NCBI GenBank assembly: GCA_002633005.1
Contig: NMRA01000944.1
Location: forward strand, 1 to 62,264
Length of the DNA: 62,264 nt
Source of the DNA: Phoronis australis
Taxonomy: Eukaryota; Animalia; Phoronida
Direction of reading: 5' to 3'
Part shown: positions 13,772 through 25,050 of the stretch, piece after piece
How positions within the stretch are numbered: the stretch's first letter is position 1
Layout of the letters: every line of letters begins with the position of its first letter
Translations under genes and position numbers: made by a program
Notes under the pieces: model-generated
What the model saw: the letters and a program-made list of their open reading frames with translations, nothing else
What the model was told of the DNA's origin: nothing
The model's database searches: none

Positions 13772-13912
13772 TCCCAGGGGACATCAAAAGAAAGGAAAGT
13801 CTTAACTAAGATACACTGTAGTATAGAAAGTAAACTGGAATATACTAAGAAATCATGTAAGAAAGTCTTTGATACACTCAATTCATCAATGTATATGTAA
13901 ATCACTAGTGTC

Positions 13913-14323
13913 TTAGGCAATGTCTTTGCGTTCACTGTTACGAAGTATCAGTATGAGTTTGGTTATCGGCTTCTTAAAAACTTCACCACTAGGATATCTA
14001 ACATCCACAATACGAACTAGATTATCAGCACCAGCAGAAATGTCTACAATCTCGGATCGTTTCCAGTAACGGCATTTCACGTTGTCTTCAATGACCAAGA
14101 CGATATCACCACGCTCGAGGTTTTCTCTCACAGAGGACCATTTTCGACGTGGAGATAGCTTCTGAATGTTCATCATCCAACGTTTCCAAAATCCATGAGC
14201 CATCGCGTTGCAAAGTATACGCCTTTTCCTGGAGTCCCCAACATAGTCGTTACATGGAATCGTAGGGGAAGTTAGGGAACCTCTGCCAATAAGGAAGTGA
14301 ATAGGAGTGATGGGGGGTCTCAT
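13913..14323 (-). pseudogene. BEL/Pao pol C-terminal (DUF5641-like) fragment
   Basis: ORF ITPIHFLIGR...FWKRW...KWSSVRENLERGDIVLVIED...GADNLVRIVDVR...KKPITKLILI is the typical BEL/Pao pol end. Confidence 0.88.
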
Positions 14324-15160
14324 CCAAGGGTGGGGACGACATCGCGGTGATTGGTAAGCAGTTCAGTAAGCTGGATATTTGGCAGAAAACTGTTTTCCAT
14401 TCAACAAAGGAAAGCTTGTTTGCTTGTACAAGATATCACATCGACTTTTTGACTACTTGAACAAGCCGTTCTGCAGCGCCTTGGTGATTGGGTCCACCAG
14501 GTGGTCCGAATTTCCATTCACTGTAGCGGTTTCCGTAAGCATGGATTTGTCCCTTGTCTGTGTGAGGCATCAAGCTGTTGACTTCGTTGTTCTCATCTCA
14601 AAAACAGGTGGCGCTGTTACTGATCATCAGTGATGGTGTTCGAATGCTTGTAAGAACGCCGACGCGGTGTGGTCTTGAACACATGTCAGGTAGAAAGTAC
14701 GTGTCACGGCACAAGTGAATACATCACAGTAGCCTTTGGACGTGGTGTTTCTTGTAAGCTTGACATATACTGGCCCAAGATCCATTACTTTCCATCATCA
14801 CGTTGCGTGACAGTTGCGTGAAGCAGTGGCAACTGAATCTTGTTTCTCAGTTATACATTTGCAGGGTCTCGGAGCTAAACCTACCCCCTCTATGCCTAGG
14901 AAGTCCTCCAGTTCACTGATGGCCGATATGTGGACGAAATTTATCAGCACGTTGCATTGCACTTCATCATTAGAGCGTCCCCGCTGGACGTACCACCCAC
15001 GTGGGCGTCTTGCACCAATGGAGTCTTCCGGTTTAAGCCCCTTGATGATGTCGGTTGGTGTGATCACTTCTGAATTGTCTGCGCCTAGTAGTACATCTAT
15101 CGCAGCATTTGGAGCTCCGGTGATGTGGACATCTCGCAGATGGTTATAATGCTGGACTTG

Positions 15161-15468
15161 AGAGCGGGCCCACAGGGGGCCCCAGTCTTCAGCCGCCTTC
15201 CGGCGAGGCCCACCTATAAATATTTAGGTGGCCTCGGTCGGCTTTTGGCGAGGCCGCCTATAATAATATAGGCGGCCACGTCGAACGGCGTCCACAGAGA
15301 GGGGCCCTTCTATAACAATATGGAGGGGGCCCTGCTCTCCGACTGCATTTCGGCGGGGCCTTTCTATATTAATATAGAAGCCCCGCTCTTCGGCCGCCTT
15401 TCGACGTGACCGCCTATAATATTATAGACGAACTCGCCCAAAGCCGGGGCCACCTATATTAATATAGG
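15161..15468. repeat. TIR-less internal fragment of the TATATTAATATA foldback family, inserted in the BEL protease region
   Basis: Reverse complement of ~28568-28875; TATAWTAWTATA cores alternate with GC-rich hairpin spacers. Confidence 0.85.
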
Positions 15469-15570
15469 TTCAACTCTCCGTCAAGATTCTCCAGAGCGAA
15501 GTCAACAATTCTCAGTCGTTGTTTGCTTGCCTGTCCTCCAACAGTGGTGAGTTGGAATTTTTGCATACTC

Positions 15571-16305
15571 TTACCATCGATAAATTTCGCGATGATTCCT
15601 TCTCTCAATAGAGAAACTTGTCTGGCCTTGGTCAAGAAGAACAGGCAGCAAGTACTTCTTAGATCCCTGTCGTAGGTAAGCCATTGCTGTCTGAAGAATA
15701 CAGAGTTCGGCATCCTTGTTCCCGCTAGCGAATATGGATGTGGGGTTGGAATTGACCGGGTTGAACTCTGACGCACGAGAATTCAGTCCAGGAGTGAATG
15801 TCCCTGTGTCGGGATTGACATAACCATCTATTCCATACACCACGGGACAGATCGAAGAAAAGTGGGTGTCTCTCTTGCAAGTGTGGATCTGGCACGGTGC
15901 ACGATATTGGCAGTTCTCATGGAAGAATGGATGTTTCCGAGCCACACAGCTGTTGTGTCCATATCTGTAACAGATGTTGTTTTTTCTCATGACATTGAAT
16001 TTCTCTGCCATCTGGGGTGAGCAGAATTTGTTGCACCCTTTCAGGAAATGGTTTCCAGAATTTGGAAGTAGAGGGCATTTTGGCTGTTTTACACCAGGGG
16101 ACATCGTGTTGCTGGACCACAAGGTTTCTTGTACTGCTGGGGCACACTGTTGGGGCCTCTGGGTTTCCGTAACACCGTAAGTTCGGCATGTAACCAGGCA
16201 ACCAGGTCTAAGAGAGAGTCGCCAGTTCCGCCATCTCGCAATTTGCTCAAATACAGCACGCGATGATCCTATAGCATCTTTTTTTCTAACTTGGGTTAGA
16301 ATCAA
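15571..16305 (-). pseudogene. BEL/Pao gag zinc-knuckle and aspartic protease fragment
   Basis: 244-aa ORF with clustered Cys/His knuckles, then ILQTAMAYL..VLLDQG (a degenerate LLDxGS catalytic motif). Confidence 0.8.
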
Positions 16306-17145
16306 TCGTGTGTTCAGTTCACCCTCTAGACCAATGAACTCAATCTGTGTCTCAAAGCATTGTAAGGTTTCAACGAATTTTTACATCAGGTCGAGGTCTA
16401 TCTTCCCCCTGAGTTCATGTGGTTGTGAGCATTCAATATCATGAAAGATGGCTTCCAAAATTCAGTCATACAGAGCGTCTAAGATCTCCCATGCCCGCTG
16501 AAGGTTAATAGCATCCTTTATCTTATTCTTCTCCCTGAGATTTCTCATTGATTCTATGAGCTGATTTAGTGTCACCAAGTTAATTCGTGTAGTACTGAAA
16601 ATGTCTCTTAAATCGTGAGTAGTCCTTCATGTCCTCATAAAATGTCGGAAGCTTTAACTTTGCCATGCGTGTCGTTAGTGCAGGAGCTGGCAGTTACAGG
16701 GACAAGCATAGGGGTGCTTACTGTAGCATGTGCAGGTGTTGGAGGACTCACAATAAGAGGGGCAAGCATCGGGCTGATTACAGTAGTATGTGCCGACATT
16801 GGGTTGCTTACGGTGGTCTTGATAGGCACAGCAAGGGATATAAGTTGGTAAAGAATGGGAAGGGCATACTCACGTATATCATCGAGATACTGTACTTCAC
16901 CGATACGGCCGTCACCATCCGTATGCTCAGTTTTTGATTCAAGTTCTACTTGTAGCTGTAGTTCAATGACACGTTCAGTTTGAATTTCTTTTTTTTTCTA
17001 GTATAGACCTCAATACCTCTGCCAGGTCCGTATATTCTTAAGTCGCCTGCTGATTCCGCCATGATGATTTTTCCCCCAGACGTTGCACGTAAATTTTCGG
17101 TTGGTAAAATGTTCGTAGATCATGCACAAACGAAGTTGAAGAAGC

Positions 17146-17362
17146 TGTTGAAGAAGCTGTTCGATGACCACGTTCAAGCAATTTCACTATTGTCGCGCAC
17201 GGTAGAAAAGACGACTAAGCTCGATACAATGTTTATTCACCACTAATAAAAAAACGATTTTTTTTCTTTAACTGTGCAGAAAACCTGTCAAGAAATGGTC
17301 AAGGTCAGTAACCGATCTCGCCATGTATCGGAACAATAAAAAACTAAAACCGAATCATGACA
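17146..17362 (-). repeat. 5' LTR of the BEL/Pao element
   Basis: TGTTGAAGAAGCTG...GAATCATGACA, a direct repeat of 13561-13771 with roughly 10-15% differences by eye. Confidence 0.9.
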
Positions 17363-17639
17363 TCCAGTAACGATATTACTTCACTAAAAAGCAAAACTTT
17401 GCGAGACTACGAGGCATGTTGATGTGTATTTCAAATGAGATTACTTGATTTTGTAGATTTTTGCGAGGTCATTTTCGTAGCATTACTGAGCTCTACCCTG
17501 TTGAAGCAACAGGTTAAAACTGGACTTTAAAGAACAGTGTATCAAACGCCGGGCTACCAAGCATATTTGATCGTTGTGTTTCCTAAATGAGACGGCACCT
17601 GTGACTAGTGATACACCGATGGACTTCAGTCCACTGCAT

Positions 17640-18100
17640 GAACTGAGCTCTGCCAAGGATAAATTTCTAGCCCACCTCTTTTATCAGAAATCGAAGACGT
17701 TCGCTTACTACTCCACGACAAGTCTATCGATGTCCTGTGCTTTAGCGAAACATGGCTAAGCTGTTCGTTCTCCGACGGTGAAATATGAATTGACGGCTCT
17801 AACCTGTGCAGAAAAAATCGGACTGAAAGATATGGGGGCGTGGCCCTTTTTATCAGAGCCATCTACACTTTCAGTGAAAGACCCGACTTTTGCACAGGCT
17901 CTGATGTAGAAGCTATGTGGATTGAACTCAGACTGCCAAGTACAAAGCCGATTTTTATATGTTCTGTGTACCAGCAACCAAATGCAGAATATAAACCATT
18001 CTTGGAAATATAAGTAAAAGATTGAGAAGATGGACGCCTCCTCAAGGAAATATATGTGCTTGGTGATGTCAACATTGACCCACTCAATCAGACCACCGCC
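17640..18100 (+). pseudogene. Fragment of a LINE (CR1/L2-like) AP-type endonuclease domain
   Basis: Frameshifted motifs DVLCFSETWL, RKNR..GGVALFIR, VEAMWIEL..KPIFICSVYQQP and IYVLGDVNID. Confidence 0.85.
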
Positions 18101-18210
18101 ATGAGCGAAGCCCACGTCCAGCTGTGCAATGCACGTGACTAACGACTAAGAGAATTTCTCAAGTGTTTTTGTCCTATGAATAAGTTACCACTCTCTTGCC
18201 CTCACAAAAA

Positions 18211-18705
18211 TGAACTTAAGTTTTTCGCTGAAAACTTAAGTTTTTGGCGAAAAAATTTAAGTTTTTGGAAAATAACTTAAGTTTTAGAGGAAAAACTTAA
18301 GCTCTTCCGAAAAACTTCAGTTTTTAAAAGAAACTTAAGTTTTTAAAACTTAAGTTTTTCGCCAAAAACTTCAGTTTTTCAGCTCAATGTTAACTTTTTC
18401 AGAAAACTTTAGTTTTTCAGAAAACTTAAGTTTATTCAAGTGTAAAACTTAAGTTTTCACAAATAAACTTAAGTTTCAAGTAATAACTTAAGTTTTCAAG
18501 AAAACTTAAGTTTTTTGTACTAACGAAACTTAAGTTTTTCTGATAACTTAATTTTATCACAAAACTTTTTTTTGTAATTTTAAAAACTTAAGTTTTCCTG
18601 ACTTCTTTAGTTTTTCAGAAAACTGGATTTTTTCATTTGTGGAAAACTTGAATTTTCTTAAAACTTTAAGGTTTCTATGTGATGAAAATTTACGTTTTCA
18701 AGTTT
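18211..18705. repeat. Array of the palindrome AAAACTTAAGTTTT (left subterminal repeats)
   Basis: About 20-25 imperfect copies at roughly 15-22-bp spacing with short variable linkers. Confidence 0.92.
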
Positions 18706-19187
18706 TTAAAATTTGAATATTGTGAGATATTTAATTTTTGGTTCGAAAATTTTCCCATTATTTTCCAACAAACAATTCTTGTTTGCTCATGCAAAACCCG
18801 TGATCTCAAAAAAATGTTGCCCGAATGTTTCCTTAACATTTATATAGATAAAAATACCATAAAACGACGAACGTTTAACCTGGTCAGTACAGATTTAGTG
18901 CAATTACGTAATCATTATCGCACGTCTTTGTGAATTTAAATGTAGACGAACATCGGGTGACCAACAACAGTAAGAATGCACCCAATGTTAATCCCCTGAG
19001 ACACTGACCTGGTCAGTACAATGTAATCAATAGAACTCATGCAATTCTTAAAAAAGTAGTTATTGTGCAAGTTTTTTTTGTGTTGAGTTGTATTCGTAAG
19101 GCAGTTTCCACCGGAAGTCAACAGTTCGAAATTTATAACCGACACTCAACTTCGAAGAAAAAGTCGTGTGTTGGCTAACCCGCAACA

Positions 19188-21959
19188 ATGAAGTTTATAT
19201 TACTACGAGCAGAGCCAGCAGGAAGACATTTCAGAAGTTTTGGAAGTCAGGTTAGTGCCAGAGAGCGTTCTAAAATCGATTGGCCACAATCGGTACTGTG
19301 ATCTCCAACGAACGACGTGTTAAGTTCAGTTGTTATTGTCAGCCACACACGAGTCACGCTGTCACATACCGACATGGATTCATTCTGTATGTGAATTATC
19401 TTCTAACGCGTAATATACTTCTGGAGGTCCATCAGAGGAAGCCATAACGTTCACATGAGGCTATTACTCTATTATATTTTTGTCTTCTGAGGTTGTGTCA
19501 GTCTGGTCAATGCAAAGGGGGGCCGTCCAAGGCAAAGTGTAATCATTTCCAAAGTTGGGTATATTGACATTGGTTGTGTGTGCATATGTCTATGTTCGTA
19601 GTAATTCTTCGAAGCTCCTGAATTTGAAATCTCATATCACTACAGGTCAATAATTTGCAAGGTTCACTTGCCTCATCCACGCACCAATCCTAAAATATGG
19701 GGGGTGCTCAAATTTTTGGGCATGTTGACCTTTTACTAAAAAAACGTGGTATGTTCAGAGTTGTGCACAGTGCATTCCTGAATTACAGCTTCATAGTGGA
19801 CTCGTGTCTCGTTTTCTCAATTTTTTTGTTTCTATGAGGCTGACCTTTTCATGCCCACTTCGGCAAGTGGAGGGTGCTCACTCGAGCCTCCCCTGGGTGC
19901 GCGCCTGGTTCTCGAAATTAAGAATAACCAATGTAACTATTGTATTGCCTATTTTGACTGATTTGCTCAGGTTTGTCGGGAGGATCTAGGTTATTGAATG
20001 CGAAAGGACATCCAGTTCCCACTACTAGTACCCTATCTGGAATAACCCCCGGCATAGAATGTACCCAAGTGAACTCTCACCAGTCAACATGTTAACTATT
20101 GTTAAGCACAGTGAAACTTGCATAATTTCTAATTGCACCAAATAACTCAATGCAAAGAAGGAAAATCTGTGTGATATGACTTTGGGATTGAGTATGTGCT
20201 TTAGAATTTTTACCGGGTTGTGAAATACTAGAATGTCACAAAAGTTTGCATATTCACACTTAAAATTTTCACATTCAATGCGAGTTCGACTGGTTTTATT
20301 GAAATCAAATATTTCAGTGTCATGGTGAAAGTGATAGTTAATCTGGGTACAACTTTACCTATAAGTTGAGTTGAATTGAATATTGACTGTCTAGAATGAT
20401 CTCCTCATGTCTGTAGTGGCATATTCTTTTCCCACTAGAAATTTGTTTGGAACCTCAATTTAATATCTTTGCAAATGTCAGCCAGTAAAGTGATTGGTAG
20501 GAGTACAGGATATAGTATTTTTATGTTTACTGTAGTACATGAGATAATAATTTTATTTCTACTGTAAACTATTATGGTTACGTAAGACTTCTCGTGAAGA
20601 CCATGACAGTAGCCTCAATGGTGGATTCAGAGGACAGCTAAGGGGCCATGGCCCCGGCCCCGTAAAACGCTACAAGATCAATTGGCAGTTGGGGGGCAGG
20701 GGGTGAATGTCTGATGGGCAAAACCCTACTCTGCCCTAACCTCCAACTCAAAATCCTGGACCCCCCCACCCCCCTGATCTTTACATGGATAACATTCCCT
20801 GTAAATGGGTTATGTCTGGATTCTTAAGAAGCTATCACATACTGTTATGTTTGCTAATATCTCATTGTTTTCAGGTCCCTATTAACTTGCTGGAGTATTT
20901 GGAAGAACTAGACATCCAAACATTTGCATCGAAATAATCACCCAGCAGTGGTATTGGGCTGTTCACATCGACATGGCAGGTAGAGCTTCATATGTTTCAT
21001 TGTTGAGTTAAAATAGTGCTGCTATCAGGGTTTGAATTTGAAACAATATGAAATATGTCCTTGGTTTAGCCAATGGGCTTATAATCTTTAACAAGCTCAC
21101 TGATTCTTGTAGCTATTTGGTCAAGTCAATATAAAGCTTCTTGGTTTTGCTATAAGTTTCAAAAAGTACACGCGGAAGTATACATGTGAGATTAAACTTT
21201 CAGTTCTAACCCTGGTTGTGCGGCTAAATGTCCATGAAGCATTAGTAAGAAGTTCTATGCTGGCTGGAGAGAGCTAGTTAGAATACAACTAGCTCTGCTC
21301 ATTATGTAGAGTTGTGCCTTTTCTTATCAGATTAAGGAATTAAACAATGAAAAGTTCATCAAAATAATTGAAATTGTAGTTTATTGCATTTGCCAACAGT
21401 TTCATCATTTGATAAAAATATTAATTAATTTGTCATAGAACTTGAACTAAAAAGTTACAGAATACGTTACCTGGTTAGCCTGAAGGCCAACTTTTATCAC
21501 CACATTAAGTTTTGCCATATGCACGGTTTGTTCTAGATTGTGATAGCATGATAGGTGACCATGTGCATGTTTTGTATTCAAGTTGTATAGAATAAAATTG
21601 TTTTTAATGCCGCGAATCCAGGATTAAAACTTCATTCATTTCAAAACAGTATGTGGAAAATTGTCCCACTGCAGTGCATGCTTGAAGTAAACTTGCAGAC
21701 TAGTCTTGCACTTGAATCCTGGAGAGTGATTGGTTAAATTTTGAGTTTGAAGACTATTTTCTAGGCTCTGTATATAAGTCAGGAAGTTTTACAAATCAGT
21801 GCTCTATAAACAGCACGATAAATATCCAGCAAGTTAAGTTGTCTTATACTGATAGCTTTTACCCGTGTGTTATTAAATTGTTTTGTCTTTATTGCAGAGT
21901 GTGCCTTCAATCGTTGGATAAGGAAGGCTACCCAGACAACGCAACGTACGCACTTATGA
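19188..21959 (+). pseudogene. Spliced gene relic resembling the DUF4806-type accessory protein of animal CACTA elements
   Basis: ATG at 19188 with LEVRLVPESVL (cf. VEVVPxxWL). Exon 20875-20979 (ag..gt) reads IN(W)AGVFGR after a frameshift. It splices in phase to exon 21898-21959, giving MA|ECAFNRWIRKATQ..*. Family assignment is from recalled motifs. Confidence 0.5.
20616..20776 (-). mobile_element. hAT-like MITE, copy B
   Basis: CAATGGTGGATTCAG...CTCAAAATCCTGGA..CCCCTG; flanks AGCCT/ATCTT. Confidence 0.65.
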
Positions 21960-22099
21960 ACTGCAGCCCATGAACCTATGAATTCAGTTATCTGAGCTCA
22001 GAAACGCGCGTTTGTAGTCACAAAACATGGATTATTTGCCTGTGAAGCTAAGCGAGCAGATCCAGCTAAAGAAGATTAAGTAGCTTGTGGTCTACCATA

Positions 22100-22982
22100 G
22101 GGCCCTTTCACATTGACTTAACTCTTGTCTGAGCGTAGCATCGGCGTACACTGCGAAGTCAACTGGACCGTTTATTCTGGCTTCGGTAGTTAATGAACTT
22201 CGAAGTAAACAGTAGGTGACGCTGTCGTGATCGAAGGTATCGAAAGGTAGCACTGTACGCTAAGATGTGACAACTTGGGAACATTTACATGTGTTAATTG
22301 ACATAAAACTTATTTTTTAAATTGATTGGTGATTATTATAGCAAGGTATAAGCAAATATTAGCCATCACACTACTATGCAATTGTTAATGATAACAGTGG
22401 CCCCTGGCATTAACTTCGATAGGACTGAAGTTGATCGTTTATACTGCGTGGCAGCGTTGACGCTAAGCAATTAAATCCACCTGTTTAGTGCGAAGTTAAC
22501 TGGCGCTGTTAACTTCCTTCCAGGACCAAAGTTTAAAACAGCTTTATATTTAAAATGACTTATTTTTATTAAACTGACACAGGCAGAAAATTGGGCCTAA
22601 AAAGCGACGCCACCTATATTAATTCAGTTGACCCCGCTGAAAGGTGGCCGGAGAGCGGGGCCTTCAATATTAATATAGGAGGGCGCCGCCGAAAGGCGGC
22701 CGAAGAGCGGGGCTTCTATATTAATATAGAAGGCCCCGCTCTCCGGCTGGCTTTCGGAAGGGCCCCCTATATTAATATAGGAGGGGCCCCGCTCTTCGGC
22801 CGCTTTTCGGCGGGGCCCTCTATATTAATATAGGGGGCCGCGCTTTTTAGGCCCAAAATTCAATTTTCTGCCTATGTCATTTTAATAACAATAAGTCATT
22901 TTAAATAATAAGCTGTTTTAAGTGTTCATAGTGACATTAACTCCCAAAAACTTCGACGCGTCGATGTTAGTATGAAAGGCCC
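22100..22982. mobile_element. Non-autonomous TIR element (PIF/Harbinger-like termini) containing a nested foldback element
   Basis: TIRs GGGCCCTTTCACATTGAC / GTTAGTATGAAAGGCCC, each flanked by TA; internal gaagttaact-like repeats. Confidence 0.7.
22537..22917. mobile_element. Complete foldback MITE with TTAA TSD and TATATTAATATA-cored internal repeats
   Basis: TTAA at 22533-22536 and 22918-22921. TIRs of about 70 bp (AACAGCTT..AAAATGACTTATT..GGCAGAAAATTG..GGGCCTAAAAAGCG). Five AT cores separated by GC spacers that invert at the centre. Confidence 0.88.
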
Positions 22983-23859
22983 TATAAGTGTATGAAGTTC
23001 AGTAGCTTTAAATTAAAGGAAAAAGAATTTTTTGTGGTCAAAGGTCTAAGTTTTATAATTTCCATCTCGTATAACCAGGTTGTACTTAGGGTTACTTTTA
23101 GTGAAACTTGTTCGCACCATGGAGTGTATTCGATTTACTGTTATTATGATTATCAACAAAACGAAACTTTGACTTATAAATTGACATTTTTAACGTTGAA
23201 AACAATTATAGGTGATTCTAGGCACTATTTCTAGCATAAGGATTGTACTTCCCAAAATCAGACCTGTTGCCATTGTTGTCGATAAACTTTTAGTTACCTG
23301 TTATGTTTTATGTTATGCTTTTGCCTCTGCAGATATTCTTGGATTTTGCATATTAAGTGATTTGTTATTCTTGGTGTCATTTCTGTAATTTTAGTTGAAA
23401 AAGTTTGCTGTTGAAACGTAGACTTTTGTTGTAGTCCTTCATGGCTATGTAATCACATTTTCTTTGGTTGTGTTTCATGATTTGGTAGTGATTTCTCTGT
23501 TTGTATATTCTATTTTGCTCCCTCAGTTATCGCATAATTGTCATAGAATGAGAACGATACAAATATGAAAATATTATTAGCCTCATTTAGTTTTCACTGC
23601 ATTGTATGCATGACAATTCAACTGATTTTTGAAATGTTTCTGTTTTTTAAGATTTTGATATTTCACTTATTTTAAGGAACTAGTGTATTTTAGGAAGTGC
23701 ATTTTATTTTCTGCAATTAATCACTGTTAATGAAATGTTAATAGAAGTCTAGTTTGTTAAATCTTTATGAGAATCATTAAATGTGTTACTGTACTCCACT
23801 CTTGTTTTAGTGAATGTCAAAATTTTTGAATGTCTGTCCTATTGAAACTTATTTCTTTT

Positions 23860-24070
23860 AGAAAACTTCAGTTTTCAAAAGTTAGTTCCTTGAAAACTTA
23901 TGTTCAAAAACCTTAGTTTTCAAAAAGTTAAGTTTTGATGAATTATGTTTGTTACTAAAAACTTGTTCCAAAACTTAAGTTTTTCAAAAACTTAAGTTTC
24001 TGAAACTTAAGTTTTCCAAAAACTTAAGTATTTTGGAACAAGTTTTTTGGAACGAACTTAAGTTTTTAAA
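23860..24070. repeat. Array of AAAACTTAAGTTTT (right subterminal repeats)
   Basis: About 10 imperfect copies of the same palindrome as 18211-18705. Confidence 0.88.
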
Positions 24071-24073
24071 ACA

Positions 24074-24185
24074 AAAATCGCCCAACTGCTACCGAAGTTA
24101 CGATAATCTATTCTTTCCGAATACGCCAATTCGCTCTGAGTTGGACTGTGTTTACAAGTGGTCTGTAATAAACCTGATAGATAAT
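24074..24185 (+). repeat. Interspersed repeat, inverted homologue of ~38817-38930
   Basis: aaaatcgcccaa..ccgaagttacga..tctttccgaatac..gtggtctgtaataa pairs with ttattacagaccac..gtattcggaaaga..tcgtaacttcgg..ttgggcgatttt. Confidence 0.8.
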
Positions 24186-24639
24186 AGCGGATTTGCAGCG
24201 ACGCCATATTGAAATTAGGTTAAAATGGTGCATTGTGGGTGCTCGAGGTCAGGATTCCGAAAGCGGCCATAGTAACAAGCATAATATGCGGTATGAGCGC
24301 GAAGAAAACTTATGGCGGATAAACTTGTAAAGTAGCATGAGAAGCCATCGGGTGAAAATTGTAATATGTGTGTCCCTTGGATTTTTTTATTCGTCAACAT
24401 GCGTAATTTCACGTAACTTCCTCAAAATGGCACCCGGAAACTGAGAGAAACTCGAGCAAACCGCGAGAGATTTTCATCGATTTGATAAAGTTTTGCTTAC
24501 TAACTTGTGTCCAGAGTCGTGGTATGTGTTGATTATAACTCCGTGTTCCTATATGTATGGTTTATTTGATTTTATTTGCTGTATTTTGAAATCAGTAACT
24601 TTTTGTGAGGATGCACTATCGCCCCTGAATGCCGATCCA

Positions 24640-25050
24640 TTTTAAGTAGCCCAAAATTTGTACATATGTATTTTTAAATCATGAGGTCAGACTTGTTGAC
24701 ATGTACTTTAACGTCAAATCTATTTTTAAATGGTGTTTACAACTTTGAGTTCTGGGGTCAAAGTACTCTACAGATTCTAGAAGATTCTGAGAACAAACTG
24801 TAACAGTCAATGATATGATTGGATATGATCATGTGGTTTTTATTAACCAATCGCTAAATAAGTAGGATATTATAATATGAGCTTAACTCAACAAGTGATT
24901 CAGATGAGCTATAGTAGATGAAGCTTAATGACTTGCTACAGTGTACAGAAGAAATTGTACGACAGAGCCATCTAGTGGAAGATTCTAGAAATGATCTTAT
25001 CAAACTCGACTGTCACATCATGATATTGCGTGACTCCATTGACCATTGCC
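24640..25050 (+). repeat. TTAA-started interspersed repeat, inverted homologue of 3560-4002
   Basis: Begins TTAAGTAGCCC; shares blocks with 3560-4002 as listed there. Confidence 0.6.

Larger units (their letters stand above)
13561..17362 (-). mobile_element. BEL/Pao LTR retrotransposon, degraded, with RT/RNase H deleted
   Basis: Direct LTRs at 13561-13771 and 17146-17362 (TG...CA). Minus-strand relics in order: gag, Cys/His knuckles (KCPLL..NHFLKGC..ICYR..APCQIHTCKRDTH), protease (LLDQG; IDVLLGAD..RGW), integrase core (MDL.GP.YVK, FTCAVTR, HQGAAERLV) and a DUF5641-like tail (ITPIHFLIGR..FWKRW..GDIVLV). Flanks CTCAG/TCCAG are an imperfect TSD. Confidence 0.92.
18199..24070 (+). mobile_element. 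Probable CACTA/EnSpm-derived element with subterminal palindrome arrays; right terminus lost or interrupted
   Basis: Left end CCCTCACAAAAA followed by an AAAACTTAAGTTTT array, a second array at 23860-24070, internal spliced DUF4806-like relics, and nested MITEs. Confidence 0.55.

Noticed and set aside
18211-18705. CRISPR-like array of palindromic repeats
   Set aside because: The repeats are 14 bp with linkers of only a few bases, are degenerate, have no cas genes nearby and sit in eukaryotic TE context. They are better explained as transposon subterminal repeats.
24598-24611. TTTTTGTGAGG as the missing right TIR of the CACTA-like unit
   Set aside because: It lies inside a different repeat (homologous to ~6440), about 530 bp beyond the array, and lacks the final G. 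It is probably coincidental, though not excluded.
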